From Amoebophrya sp. A120 (taxonomy: Eukaryota > Protista > Dinoflagellata), in NCBI GenBank assembly GCA_905178155.1, contig CAJINV010000008.1:3167303-3231302 (forward strand): 64,000 nt of DNA, written 5' to 3'. The notes under the pieces are model-generated. The model did not search any database and was not told the origin of the DNA. It worked only from the letters and a program-made list of their open reading frames with translations. Both the position numbers and the translations under genes were made by a program. Below, piece by piece: positions 11,681-26,300 of this stretch (position 1 is its first letter; every line of letters starts with the position of its first letter).

Positions 11681-14010
11681 GCTCTGTCAAGCTGGTTTAT
11701 TTTTATAAGTGCCACTGCTTGCAATTCATATCCTGCCGGGGGCAACAGATGGCTGACCTTCTGCTTTCGCCACTGCCTGACTTGCTTGCTTACCCAATTT
11801 CGCACTTCTTGTTTTTTAGTTCCCTCAGTCACGCATGCACTTCCATCCCGCAACGCGCGCACGCGGGGAAAAATTGATAACTGAATCTGAAACTGAACGG
11901 ATAGCGTGCTACATTTATTTTATATTGTTTTTTTCAGTACATGCCTCGCGACTGCGTTGCGCTGTTGTTTACGGCGGCAAACATGATAAAAAACGAAACC
12001 AAATGCAAATACACAGAGCAAAATCGCTCTCGTTGATTCTACTTTTGAACTTTTCCTAGGTCACAACGCGGAGTAGCCTGCAAAGTTGATCGACCAGCTC
12101 ATTTCGTGCTCATTTCGTCGCTGTTCAGTCCTTTCGTCGCTTAGAACGGACACGGCTGCGGCTCGAATTTCATTTAGTCAGAAACCGTGGGGGCGGGGAG
12201 TCTCGAGAGGGTCCCTGGGCCTTGTGGAGTGGCCGTAATTAGCCCAATGACTTTGACCCCAGAAGTGCCGGCAAAATGAAGTTGGACCGTCGGCCTTTTC
12301 CTGCGCTCACTCGCACGCGGGCAGATGCGCCCCAATGCACCGTCGATCGACGCAAAAAGCCCCTACGCTAGATTTGAACAAAGAAAGAACTTCTACGCCG
12401 ACCCGAAGCAGTTCAGGCTTTGTTTCGGGCTAGAGTTGTTGGCTCCGTGCTGAGCGGGATACGCAACGACTGCGCCCACCGTGTGCTTCCCGGGCCGCTG
12501 TGTGGAAGGGCAGCCAGGGCGTCCGCATGCCAGGCCGGGGAGCGAAAAGTGTATTTGCCCGCCCCAGCCTTGTTATTTTCCCACACAACGCAGCGGCACC
12601 AGCAGCCAGCGCCCTCCCCTGTTTGCGCGCGTGTCCTTGTATTGGTGGCAAGGTCTGGACAAGGTCACTTCTGGCTTGCGGAGTTTGGGACTCCTGGTTA
12701 GTTCTGCCTGCTGAGCTGACCAGGAACGGCGCGGCAGTAGTTCTAGGGTGGATTTATGGCATCTGCGGCAGGAACGCCGCCCCTCTACATCACCGACCTT
12801 CCGCCACAATAGCTGTAAGTGACTGATAGCTCAAGCAGGGTTTTAGGGTTCAACCCGTGGCGCTCCCGTCCGGCACGTGAACTTATTCTTATTTCGTTGG
12901 CCAAGTATAGATAAAACTTTCGGTGCTCTTCTCGGGGTTCATGGCCTCGATTTCCCTATCCCACCCAGTCAGCATGAGTATCAGGCCCGTGATTCGTATT
13001 GATGCGGGGGGAAGGCAAGTTCACTGTTAGCAACCTCCATTAGAGCTTAGCAAGCGTGGCCAAGAATAAAATTATGAAAAGCTCCAGCCGCGCCGTGCAA
13101 GTTCCGGAACGCCGCCACGCAGCCGAGCCGAGGCCGCTCTGATCTAGTAGTAAATACGCGGCGCGGACCCTTTCCGGACCTAGCCAACCGGGTCACTTCT
13201 GATGGCGCTCCGTGGTGGGCGGATAGGCATTGCGCTACTTCTCCGTGCGGCGAGAGCATGGCCAGCGCTCTTCTCTGTGAATGATGTTCGTCGTGGTGCC
13301 TTGTCATGCCTAGACTGCTAAATGGTTCCGTTCTCCGAGAAGTTTTGCGCTTTGAGCGTACGATCTGGATCGATTGCGCTACCTGCGCAAGTCGGCTAGC
13401 AGTGAACCGGCACCCACGGCCACTGACCGATTGACCTATTGCCAGCAAGTGGGGCACCTATGCAGTGGTGGCTAGCAGATCCGCCGCTTCCAGGTCTGGG
13501 TTGCTTCTGCATTGATCCGTTTCGGACCCCTTGGCCGTGTAGAGTAGATGTAGAACGCAGTGGGCAGAAGTTTCCCTCCACGCGTCGCGCCCGTTCTCGC
13601 TAGTAGGATTCGAGTTCTACTACCGTTTTCGCCACTTCCAGAATACAGACTGGCGTAGCAACACGAAAAGGATACAGCTCGATCCAGATGCTAAAGTGAT
13701 CCGCACAGATTTATTTCTATTTCTGATTTTGCCTTGCAATGAGTCGGCTAGTATCCTCCTCTTTCATATTTGTCATTGTCTGTGCTTTGTAGGTACTTAA
13801 GTTGATGTCGGCTCTCCACCCAGTATTTTGCTTTTGGTGTTCTAAAATATATATATAAATACGTACTTCTTCGCGGGCACCGCACTCCGGGCAGTGGTTT
13901 GCTGAGCTGATTCCCGCGTGAGTCAAATTCAGAGTAAAAATTGGATAAAGATTTCACTATGTCCTCGCCTCTGACGCCAAATCCTTCTGGTTCGAAAGCG
14001 GCACAGAAAT

Positions 14011-14201
14011 TATTAAAAAAAAAACCTTCACAATCACTTATGCACATTTTTGCAATACAAAAAAACTTTTGTCATGCGCAAAAATGCATCACAGTCAAGA
14101 GTTATAGGCGATTTCCTTTTGTGTTTTTGCAATATAAGAAAAATTTGTCACGCGAGACAAATTTCTGATGCGAGATTGTGGCGGTATTTTTTTCCTGGAT
14201 A
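14011..14201. mobile_element. Introner-like element, degenerate, upstream of the assigned ECM29 ATG
   Basis: TATTAAAAAAAAAACC..ACAATC / GATTGT..GGTATTTTTTTCCTGGATA; DR gaaat/ggaat. The spliced frame is unresolved. Confidence 0.6.
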
Positions 14202-14338
14202 GGAATAGCTAGAGCTTTACTAATATTGACGCAAACGCAATCAAAACAATCAAACTATGTTACAACCCGCTTTTCCCCGGTCGTGATCAACATCGTGTGA
14301 ATGTGTTGGTAGAACAAGTATCTATACATATACAAGAA

Positions 14339-17300
14339 ATGGACCAATATGAGCGGGTGTTACTCCGCCTGGTGGGCACGGAGGACGAAGCTTTTTCTGG
14401 TGTATGCTACGTGTTGCTGCCGATGGTAATGAGAAAGCTTCTGGAGCCGCTCCCCGCAACAGACGCCACCCCCGGAGCGACGCAGAAGAAAGTGATCGAT
14501 ATTCTAAACCACGTGCTGCAGCGCGCAAAGGCCTGTCGGACGATTTTCCTGCCTTTTTTCGGAATATTGGACTTGATCACCACCGAGATGCGCGCGGAGC
14601 GCCAGGGTGTGCCAAGTGCAAACCCCACGGGCCGGCTCCTCTTCAAGAACCTCTCGATGATTTTCCTAGGCCTTGCGATCGAGCGGCTAGAGGAGCTAGC
14701 TAGCTCCAGCAATATCGAGGCAGAGGCAAGTAGATTGGAGCGCTCCAATTCTGGCCACGGTTTTCTGGCGGACCTGATCAAAATCAACAAGCTTCCTACC
14801 GCGGCAGCAACCTTTTTCAAGGCAACGCGGACCGCGAGGACCGTGGCGAGTGAGCTGATCAAAGAGTTTCACCTGTTCCCGCGTGCGCACCAGCCCCAGA
14901 TCTTCCTGGCAGTGCTCCACGCATTCGCCTGCTTCTACCCGACCAACGTGGCTAGTTTGGTCTTTGGACTGACAAACCAGGCAAAGTCGGCCCTGCTAGA
15001 GATCGACGTCGTGGCACAACATCAGCAAGAATTGACTGGGGGCGAAACGGTTTGCGTATGCAACGAAACAAATGCTTTAATAAATACAGTTACACACGAC
15101 TATGTTGCAGAAGTAGTCAGAGAGGCCAGCTCCGTCACGCGCAATGAGATGTACTACAGGACCCTATGCTGTTCATGCCTTTCATGTTGCATGTTATTTT
15201 CCCGTATGATCTATGAACTATGATCTCCGCACTACACCAGACCAAGACGCCGGGAACCGGGCGTCTGGGCCTGGATTACGCCCCCCTCGTCCAGGGGCGT
15301 GAGCCATCTACCACGCCATAGTACCATGCAGACCATACCTGTGATGTAGTAGTTGCTGAATCTGCAATATTCATTGTGCGTCGACTGTAGCACTTTTTTC
15401 CTCGGATAACCGGCCTCAAAACCATTCCACGCGACCTGCACCGAAGTAGAATCCCAGACCGCAGGGTTGCTCGCCTTTCTAACGACTGCCCGCGAGTTAT
15501 CCTGAGTAAAAACGTAGCCACACCATAGTCAAGATGGGGAATCGGCTAGACAAATCCACAAGTTTTGGCTGTTTTGCATGACAAATTTGGATTCGTAGTG
15601 TAGTGCTGGTTGAGCTAGCTCTGCAGCATCACAGATCTAGCATACCATGCTGATTGGAGCTGCATGACAAATTGCAAAACACGACTAGAAAACGCTTCTC
15701 ATGGGGCTCCGCATGAGAAACATTTTCAGCATGCAGATTTGCATTACAACTCTGGCATGGGTACGTTTTTACTCAGGATACGAGTTCTTCTTGATCCCGG
15801 GGAACGCTATTGAAACGAAGCCGCCGGCAATCGCAGGCATGTCGTCTATGAAATGCAAAGATGTTTCTTGGGTCTGGAAATTTGTGATGCTGAAGATTGG
15901 CTGTATCACGAGCACGTGGACACCTCCCTTTTTATCGCATAAGCGAGCCTGACACGGATTTGCGCTGCAAGATGTTGGCTGCTCCGCGTGGAAAGTAACT
16001 GTCGTGCCTCTGTATGACAGGAAGGGGCTTGGGCTTCTGGGCAACGTGGTGCATGTTCACACCAAGAGGGTTGAAGCAAAGTGATGGCGCCGCGCTCGCG
16101 GCAACGTGTTGGTGTTGTATGACAGAGTTCCAAGAGCACTACGCAGTCCAGTCCCGAACTACGACTACACATTTTCAATGCATAGGCTCTGCCTCGTGGC
16201 AAGTTTGGAAAACGAAAATCGAAAAACTTCCCCCCAAGGTGTCGTCCCTCGTTCACGCCAAGACGTTGTTCCTGCAGTTTTGGTATGCGTTGGAAATATG
16301 TCTGGTTTCGGAAGGAGGCAATCTTGTGATGCGGATTCTGATTCTCATGCTGGAAGTGGAACTACGAAGAAAACAAAATAATAAATCTTTGTTGCATACA
16401 TAGCCAGTTATAAAAATGCGCGATTTTTGTCTCCCGGGCGGGGAGACACCTCCGGTCTTGTCAGCACCAGGACCCAGACATATTTCTTGCACTCGATATT
16501 TGCGACTCCAGCATCACGGCGCTCCTGGATTTGCGAGCTGTTCTTCCGACCACGGGGGCCGATGTTGCGGACACCAGTGCGGCGTCTGTAGATCGTCCGG
16601 CGGTAGGCACGAGTCAAAGTAAAGCAGACGAGGTCCTCTACAGTGCTGCTGCCGCGTCTCGCGACGAACCAGTTGAGAACAAGAAAGCGGAACAAGCTGG
16701 TGAGGACAGGGGGACAGAAGTTCCCGTGCAGCAGCAGACAACCCAGAATAAACCAACCCTGCTTGCAGATGGTGACCGCACAGGTGCTCTCCTTGCCCCG
16801 TCGTTGAGAACTAGTACGGGCGGCCCCGAGCAAGATCGTGATCAGGATTCTTTTGTGATGCACAACGCTGGTGGTAAAAACGCTGCCGCAGGAGCGGTCC
16901 TCGTGGCACCAAGTGCAGTGAACATTATCGATGTGGTGCATCATATCGTGAGAAAAAAAGGTTTCACTCTCACTGTAAGTAAGAATTTGTTTTGTTATTG
17001 TTCTTTTTGCAACTTTTGCATTACTAGTTCTTGAAACATGGCAAATTAAACTACACATATGAAGACCCTATCAAGACAAATGCGTCTGGGTCTGTCTCTG
17101 TGTTGCATTCTATGCATCACAAGTAAGTTCACCGTAAAACAGTTTTTTCTTCCGATACACCAGTGCTACCTGTGTTACCTGCTAGGCACCCTCGAGCCGT
17201 ACGAGCAAGTGTCGACGAGGAGCGAGGCCTTGTGGAAGCGACTTGAGCACCGGATCGAGGGTGTCGAATGCAAATATGTCTGGGGCCGGAAAGTTGTAAT

Positions 17301-20300
17301 GCTGGGCTGTGAATAGTGGATGGGATGCTCGGTACTGCACCGCCAAGCAAGCATAATGAGAAATATTCGCGCGGCTTTGCGTTGCTTTTTCCGCATGACA
17401 AGCTCTTTCTAAACGACAAGGGGGGTTCGTCTTTCTAAATGACAAGCTCTTTCTAAATGACAAGCTCTTTCTAAATGAGGACGACCACAGGGGGTTCGTC
17501 TCAATGAAATGAAATGACAAGGAAGATGATGGTCTCTTCTTGGACACGCATCACAAACTCTTCGTTTTCATACAGTCATACGCGACGAGCATGACAAACC
17601 TACTTGCATCCTTCCAGACCCAGACAGTATTTGCACCTGATAGAGAGCCTGGGCGAGCAATCGGTCTCGAAACTGCTACTCCAGCTGATCCGCGTCACCT
17701 CTCCGCAAGCGAGCTCCCGACTCAAAGCCCGCGCGTTGCAGATTCTGCAGCAACGAATCTTGCAGCTGCACCTGGACACACCTTTGCACGTCCTGCTCGA
17801 CGTCGCACCCGCAACCGAAACAAGCGACGACCTGCACGCTCGGGTGCGGGGCCAGGTTGGAGTCCCGGGAGGAACTACGTCGGCGGCGCCCGCGCCCGAC
17901 TATAATGCTGCACCAGCGGAAGTACAACAACACGCAACTACAATTTCCGCCGTGCGGCAGCAGGGGGACGAGCCGCAACTGGCGCAACACGCGGCCATTG
18001 CCGCTACGAGAACCTTGGTCTTGCGTGACGCTGTGGTGGCTTTCGTCCTCGAGTCTCTCGGTAGCACCGTGGTCACGGTCCGGGAGGCCGCTCTGAGCAC
18101 CCTTCTCAACATTGCAGACGTCGTCTTCCCAAAGGCCGCTGCTACCGGGTCCCTTTCCTCGGACGAGGAGCAGTGGAGCGAAAGCTTCGCCGGGGACACT
18201 TCTGCCGTCGGCGTAGCGGGAGGGGACGGTGGATCGCAGTTGTTCCCAGGGCGACCACCAAAAGTCGAGGACGAGGATCATGAGGACCCGAGCAACAAGC
18301 GCGCATCGGAGCTGTTGCACCGCACACTCCTCGGCATCGAGCACACATACTTCCCGACGGCAATCGTCGACGCGAATCTTTCCACCGCGCTCCGGCTCGC
18401 CTTCCGCGCCTTCGGCCGTCTCACAAGGAAGCAAATCCGCAACAGCCAGGAGGCGTTGCGCGTAGCGCCGAAGCTGTTTGCTCTGCTGAACGCCAATCCG
18501 GACGCGAGCGAGGAGATACTCGAAGCGCTGAACGGAGTGCTGCTCTGGTTTGCGGAGTCCACGTATCAAAAGGAAAAATCCCCCCTCCCCATATCGAAAC
18601 GAAGTTTCTGATGCTGGATTTCCGTACACAAATCAGATTTGTCTTGCAGTAGAGGACTGCAAGCATATGCCCAGCCTCAGTCGAGAGGTTTTGACGTAGG
18701 CGCCTAGCATGGCAAACGTGTATGCTCTAAGCCCAACAACATCACAAACCGCCTGCAAAATGCGGAACGATTTCTGGACTTGCCTTCATTCTTGCAAGAC
18801 AGACAGGATTTGAGGTCACAAATGCGCATCACAAATTTTCAGACGGATCCGCTTTCGTTATGGGGAGGGGGGATTTTTCCTTACGATACCACGTCCATAA
18901 AGACGCGCGCGAAGGCGGAAGATCCACCGGAGCCGGTAGGACGCGGCGCCGAACATCAACTAGAGGGGGCCGCCCCCGCCTCCTCGGCCGCCCGGAGCGG
19001 GCACGACAGGATGGGTCGGCGTGCGGCTTTATCCGTCCTGCTCGACCCCCTGCTTTCCCAGAACCCGAAGCCGCTGATCCGGAAGGAGGCGCTGCGCTGG
19101 GTTCTCCACTTGTTCCCGCCGGAGTCAGCGGAGTACCGCTTTTACGCCATCTATGGGAGTGTCAGGATTGAAATCTACAAAGTTGAAATAGCTTGTAATG
19201 CATAAAATCGATACCAGTTGGAAGCCCAATTTCCAAGCAGCGCATGACAAATTTCGGCACCGTCTACATCCACTTTGTCATGCTGTTTAGGGACGACAGA
19301 AGGCGCCTTTTCCTTTTGTCATGCTACTTTAGCAGCTCTATCGCAGACCCCAAAGAAACAGGCTGACAGTCGGCCTCACTTACTTTCCATCCCTGCAAGA
19401 GAGGCACTCGCACTTCATGCCTTGCAATTTATGCATGAGGAATTATTTCAACTTTTTCGATTTCAATCCTGACACTTCCATACCGTCCAGCGATGCGGGG
19501 ACCAGGACCCCTCGGTCGCCAGCATGGCCGCGAAAGCCTGCGACGCCAGCCGCAAGTGTCCCACCGTGAACGAGATGATGCGTTTTCTTCGTGAGGGAAG
19601 CATTCTGCTGCCGTCAGAACTGGCCAAGAAGTGGCCCGAGGTGCCACAGATTCCCAAACTGGAGAAGGGAAGCCTCGTATGGCTTGCAAATAGGTCTGGG
19701 TCTTGAAAGTTGGAACTTCTGATGCTAACTTCGGACTCCAAAAAAATTTGTATTGTATGACCAGCAAGAGGAGTCTAGCTTGTGCTTCGCGGGGAGGGCA
19801 TTTGTCATGCGGAATATTAGGTATCTGGAAGCAATCAGAAGAGAGACAATCTGTGATGCTAGGGGATACATCACAGACGTCACGGGTCATGTAAAATCTG
19901 CATGACAAGTTGCAACCTTCCAGACCCAGACATATTTGCATTTGATACCGCGCCTTCCTCGTCGAATTCGTCGTCGCCCACTGCGTATGCCTTGCAAATA
20001 TCCCTGGAGGTCTGGAAAGAGGAAGGGTTTGTCATGCTTGTCTGGCATGACTGAAGAGATTGTCATGCGTGTGGTCCAAGAGGAGACCGCTCTTTTGCTT
20101 GTCATGCAATAAAACGCAGTTTTTCATGCGGAAAGCGCAAGATTACGTCGCGCAAATAAGTTGTGCTTATTTCTCATGCTTGGCTGTGCATTACGATTAC
20201 AGACGAGAATTCACTATTCACAACTCAACATTACATAGTTTTTAGTTTCCAGACATCCAGGGATATTTGCATTTGATACTGCGAGGCCGAGCCGTATCCA

Positions 20301-23300
20301 ACAGAAAAGCTGCAGCAGGCGCATAGTTGTACTAGAAAATGAAAATTCATCGTGCATGTGTGTTGCTGCTTTATTTCGCCTGTCAGCGCCAAAATTTTTG
20401 TAAAAATAGATGCTGGGCCGCTGCAAGGAAGACACCACAAGAATTTTCCATCGTCCGATAATAGCACATGCACAGTCAGATGTAGAATGATAATGAATGA
20501 ACGTGCTGTGGACCAGCATGACAAAGATGAAGATCGCTGCCCAAAAATAAAAAATGTGTCCTCTTTACCTTTGGGCATCGACCAGCCAGCAGTGGATTTC
20601 GTGTTGCGGCGCAAAAAGCAGAATGAATGACAATTTCACTTTTTCTCTGGTACTTATAGGCGTCACGTGCGTTTCTGTGCTATAAGCCTTCAACAACCAC
20701 GTTTGATATGGCTGCAGATGATGGAGTGCTGGGAGCAGCGAGACCTGTCGACGCCGCCGAGCAGGACGGAGAGAGCACCTCCTCGTGCAAAAGTGGAAGC
20801 AAGACCACACTGAAACGCCCCCGTGCGGACTCAGTCGTGAACACGGCCGACCACGTCGTTGCTGGAGCTCCTGCCCGCCCCGGCGCACTAGAAGGTGCCA
20901 CACAACTCGAAAGAGCTCCCGAAGCTGCAGGAATTGCAGGCGCTGATGCGCCACGGGCGGCCCGTCCTCAGCACCAAAAAAAGTCCGTGGTCTCCGTGCA
21001 GGATGCCAAAGTGCTGCTTTCCCTGGCCGATGCCTCGAGCTCGTTGAAAGCCTATCGGCTCCTCTGGGAGTTGGCGCAACACGACTTGCATCGGGAATTC
21101 GCTGAACGTGTGGAATTCTTCGCAAACAAGGCTTTCCTCTCCGACAACGCGCTGGACTGGGCCCACTTTCTACAGGATATCCTAGACAAGTACGATTCAC
21201 CTGCTCCTGTCGAGGTTTCTGCTCAAGTCGGTCCTCCTGCTCGCGCTGCAGTCGAACCTGAGCTGCAGCTCTTCGGAACCGACCAGCTAGAAGCGGCGCA
21301 GGAGCTCGCTGCTAAGCGGAAGACGCTGTTAGCAGAACTGTATGGCCGCTACTACGGACGAGACGAACTACTAAAAACGCCGAGCTATGCATTGCAAATA
21401 TCGATCTGGCTCTGCAACGATAGTACTAGACTTGTCATGCTGACCTCCTCCCATGCTCCCGCGAATCCTCCATGCTGCGCTCCTCCCATCCTCTGTCATC
21501 CGCATCGCGAAGTAGCAGTGCTCCTTTGTAGTGATGTAAAAACGCAATTTGTCGTGCGCGTTGCATATTCCTCGCTCAAAAATTTGTGATGCTTGGCTGC
21601 GTACTGCGGTCAGTTTCTTTCGGATTCGCGACATGGTAGCAAGACAGCTTTCAAGAAGACCCAGGTATTATATTTGCATTCGATACGAGCGGTCTGTCAG
21701 CTACAACTTCGCGCGCCGCCGCGGCTCCAGCGCCCTCCTCCGACGATTTCCTGGGCGACACCGTGCTCCTTCTCCTGGCTGTCCTCTATCATGAGGGAAA
21801 TAATGCCTCCTCCCTTCTATGTGGAAAACGTACAAAAAGCGTGATTTGTGTTCCCTGTTCGTGTGCTCACGCAAATCCAAATGTTATGTTGTCCTCTGTC
21901 TTGCATAAAATTCGGCAAGGAAGGCCTGCTGGACAGGCAATCATCTGTAAAAATGCGGTTAAGCCTACAGAACAGTAGGAAGGTCTACCGTTCTGAAGAA
22001 GTGCTAGACCACATCTAGAAAGAACCTAACGAGGCTTGGAATGCGTCTACTATATTTTCCCTTGATGCAAGAGATGGTGCAAGAATTTGTGTACAGGCAT
22101 AGATGATGCAGCATCAGAAATTCCCGTTTGGGGAAGGGGGGATTTTCATCTGAACATCCTCGTGGTTCCCGTTTCAGGAAGCCAAGCCACGGTGACGGAG
22201 CGCGACACTGTGCCCACGGGCCAGAAGATTTTGGACAAGCTTGCGGCCTCGAGCCTTGACTCAACCCGGAAGCTCGAGGCGTATGAAAGCCTCAGGTTGG
22301 AAATTCTCAAAGTGAAAATAAATTTGTAATGCAAAAAAACGACTCCAGTTGAAGCACCATTTCTAGTCGGCGCATGACAAATTTTCCTGGCACTCAAGTC
22401 TTCGTGTCTGTCATGCTAGTTAGGCAAAGGTGTGCCGTTCTCTCGTGCTAATCTATCAGCAGCCCAATTCTACTGAACCCGTAGAAGCACAGTAGTCGGC
22501 CTCCGTAGTTGCGTTCTCTGCAATACAGTCTTTTTGGTGTCGCATTTTATGCAATTACATACAAATTATTTTCACTCTGAGAATTTCCATTCTGAGGCTC
22601 TCATAAGGCGGCCACCGTACTGGTAAGGAAACTCGGCAGGGACACAGTGCTCCAGGCCCTGTCGAAGAAGATGATAGACCCAATCCCGGCCTCATCTACG
22701 AGTAGTGGCGCGGCAGGGTCGACTATGAAAGTGCACAAGAATTCCCCCTCCCCCTCATTTGTCATGCAAAACCCCAAATACAGGCTGTGCCTCTTGGCAC
22801 TGTTTGCATGACAAGTTCTGGTAGCCCAAACAGCACTAGACTCTAGCGTACATTTGTCATGCAAAACCGGCATTCGTCTTGCGCTTGCCCGATGCTTGTA
22901 TTGCCGTTCATGCTATACAAATGATGGGCAGGGGGAGTTGTGCATTGTCATATCGACGAGGACGACCAAGAGTGTGATTCCGGACGACAAGCTGGCCATC
23001 GGTCTATCGAGAGGAAAAATCCCCCCTCCCCATATCAAAACGAAATTTCTGATGCTGGATTTGGATACACAAATCAGATTTGTGTTGCACAAAGGCATGG
23101 CGGCCAGATCCGCAGGCTAGCTGAGGGCGTATGGGTCTAGTTGCTCAGCATGGCAAACGGCCTCCCTTTAGGCCCAACGGCATGACAAATCGCCTCCATA
23201 ATGTGGCGGAAGCTTCTGCCCTTGTCTTCTTGCAAGACAGATGTGATTTGTGACCTCAAATCAGCAACACAAGGCATACCTTTTCAATATGGGGAGGGAG

Positions 23301-26300
23301 AATCTTTCCTCTCAATACGGTCCGGCAGGGAGCTTCCGCGACGCCTTCGCCTTCGGTGCTGTGCGCTTCCTCGCTGTCTGTGGCGACGTGGAGCGGGTTA
23401 TGACAGTGCACAACTCCCCCTCTTCGTCCCCCTCATTTGTCATGCAAAATATCCAATTCACCCTTTGCCTCTTGGCCCTGTTTGCATGACAAATTCTGGT
23501 ACTAGCCCAAATAGCACTATACAACTCCAGTGCAAGTTTGTCATGCAAAACCAGCATCCTTGCTGGTGCTTGTATTGTCGTTCATGCGATACAAATGAGG
23601 GGGAGGGGGAGTTGAGAACTGTTATACGGGTGCTGGAGATTAGCCAGCGCGACCATTGGCGCGACCGCGACGACGCGGTCTGCGTCGTCGCCCTTGCGCT
23701 CGTGCTGGATGCGGGGCTGGACATCTCGACAATTTTGTCGCACATGGGCGAGGGCGAGGCAGGTGATAATATACTTCCAAAGGGCCAACAAGAACCTCCT
23801 CCGCATCAACAGAGCGGCACTACAGCAGCTGACAGTACAACTTCTACAGCACCTACAACAACGTCTGGCACGAATGATAAAATCACGACATCGGACATCC
23901 ATCAAAAGGGGGTCTCTGTAGTGCCCCTGAGGCATGGCGTCGTCTGGCTTCTGTGCCGGCTGAAGCACGAGCAAGAGAAGTTGCATGGCTCCTTTTTCTC
24001 TACTAGTGCCTCACGTCAGACTTCCGCCTCTACTCCAGATCCCGGCTTGTTAAACGAGGCCACCGTGGAACTGCTGGCCCGCATTTTCGTCCGGGGTCTG
24101 CACCTGCCCGTCGCGAACCTGTTTGTGGCGGATGCGGCAGCGAAAGGCCTTGTCCGGCTATTCGCACTCACGTTCAAGAACGACACGACAAATCAGGCTC
24201 GTCCTGGACGACGTGCTGCTGCTGCCAGCAGTACTACTTGCCTCACAAAAACTTCCGCTTCCCCACCTGTCGAGCCAGGTGGTGAACTCGAAGGAGATGC
24301 AGGGACTGGCCCTGCTGCTCCTGCGGGCAGCACCTCGCTGGTTGTCAAAACCATTTTCGCCTCCGTGCAGCAGCGGACACACAACGAGAGCGCCCTGGTC
24401 GCCAAGGAGGAGGACTCCGTGCTTGCGAAATCCAAAGACAGTGCCGTTCTCGCGGCGCGGGAAAGGCAGAATGAACTGAAGGAGATGCTGTTTCTCTGCC
24501 GGCAGCTGGGAAACTTGAACTTCATCATTGCGTGCTTGGACCAGCCCACGGGCAGCTCCGTCGCGCTCGCGAGCATGGCCGCGATGCATGAGGACGCTGC
24601 GAGTTCACGGCTCGCGGAGGTCGCCAAGAAGCTCATGAACCCGAATAGCACTTTATCAAATGTAAAAATGTCTGGGTCTGGAAGAATGCGCGATTTGTCA
24701 TGCAGCTTTTCCATGACCCATGAGGTCTGGAATGCAGGACCTAGCATGACAGATTCTGTGCGATCTTTCTCATGCCTATCCTGCATGAGAAACTACCTCC
24801 CGACTTGGTCAAAATTGGGCGACTTTTGGCAATCATGCAACACAGATTTTTGCATGCTGCAGATTTAGCATGACAAGTTGCAATCTTCCAGACCCAGACA
24901 TTTTTACAGTTGATACACTTCCGCTATGAGCAACGGCTCGAGTTCCACCGGTCCGCAGCTCGCCGGCGTATTGACAACCCTGAACGCGCTGATGAGCATG
25001 TCCGAGAAGGACCAGCAGCGCCTGGCGGACCTGATGGATCCGCAGAAGCGCAAGGAGGCGGAGGAAAAGCAAGAAGCGGAGAAGCGCGCCCGCGTGGCCC
25101 AGGAGGCCAGCGTGAGCCAGCTCAAGAAGCAGCAACAGACGGCGTCGGTGGCCGGGTCGGGGTTCTTCGACGCGCTGACCATCCAGGCCGCCGACGTACG
25201 GTCCCTGGCGCTCCCGGCGCACCTTCGCGCGGCGGTAGCCGAGAAAAGGCTGGTGCTGCACCAGTTTCCGCCGTACTTCTTCCACAGTAACGGAAAGCTC
25301 CGGGAAGTCATCGTTTCGATATCATACGTAAAAACGACCCCACCCCGTAGTCAAGCTGGGAACTCTGCCAGTACATAAACGACCCCAAACACGCCGTACT
25401 TTAGTCAAGTTGGGAACTTAGCAACACAAACCCAGAAGCTTTCGGAGCAACGCATGACAAATTCCAGTCCGTAGTGTAGTGCAGTTTAGCAAGAGCAGCC
25501 GCACGACAAATCCATCTGCTCATCCCGTTTACAGCATCACAAATTCCAAAACGCAATTGGAAATGCCTCTCAACATGGAGATGCGCATTACAAGAGATGC
25601 GCATTACAAATCTTCCTGTGGTCGCAAATCTGCATGACAACTATGGGGTGGGAGAGTCTTTACTCAGGATATTCGATCTCCCTGAACTACTTCGGGATCG
25701 AGCGCGTGCAGGACATCGGTCCCTGGCCCATATGCACTGCAAATATGTCTGGGTCTGGAAACTTGTGATGCTGAGTTGCGTACCATGAGCATCATGAGGA
25801 GGCCACAACTCTTGATGGCTCAGCATGAAAAGTTTCTGAGCTTCTACTTCTAGGTACTATTGCCTACTCTGCATGACAAACTTCTGCGTTTCTGCATCAC
25901 ACAAAAATGGCGGCTTTAGGTAAAAGCGTGCGTGACAGACTCGAGAGTTATCTTGCTAGCCGAGCAAGACAAGTAGTCCCGCATTCTTCCAAAACGCCAG
26001 ACAGATTTGCACTGGATAGCTCAAGGTGTACCGCAACCTTGTGCGGATCGGGTTGAGCCCATCGGTGTCTCGCGTGAGTTTACGGGAAGCCAGCTGCCGG
26101 TGCCTGACGCAATTGCTACGGTCGGGCAGACGCTGGAGGGAGCTGGAACCCGAGTGGCAGGCCCTTTGGGAGGCGGTGATCCAAGTCACCGACGACCTCG
26201 AACCGAAAATCGAGGCCGTCGCCGGCCCACTATCACGCACTCTGCGATCCCTGACCATCCGTCTCTGCAACAGCTCCGGCCAACTGGCGTCGCAGCGCTT

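Noticed and set aside
15152-15351. Short inverted repeat TACTACA/TGTAGTA as a separate intron
   Set aside because: The joins give stop codons. It lies inside the better-supported 15057-15408 element.
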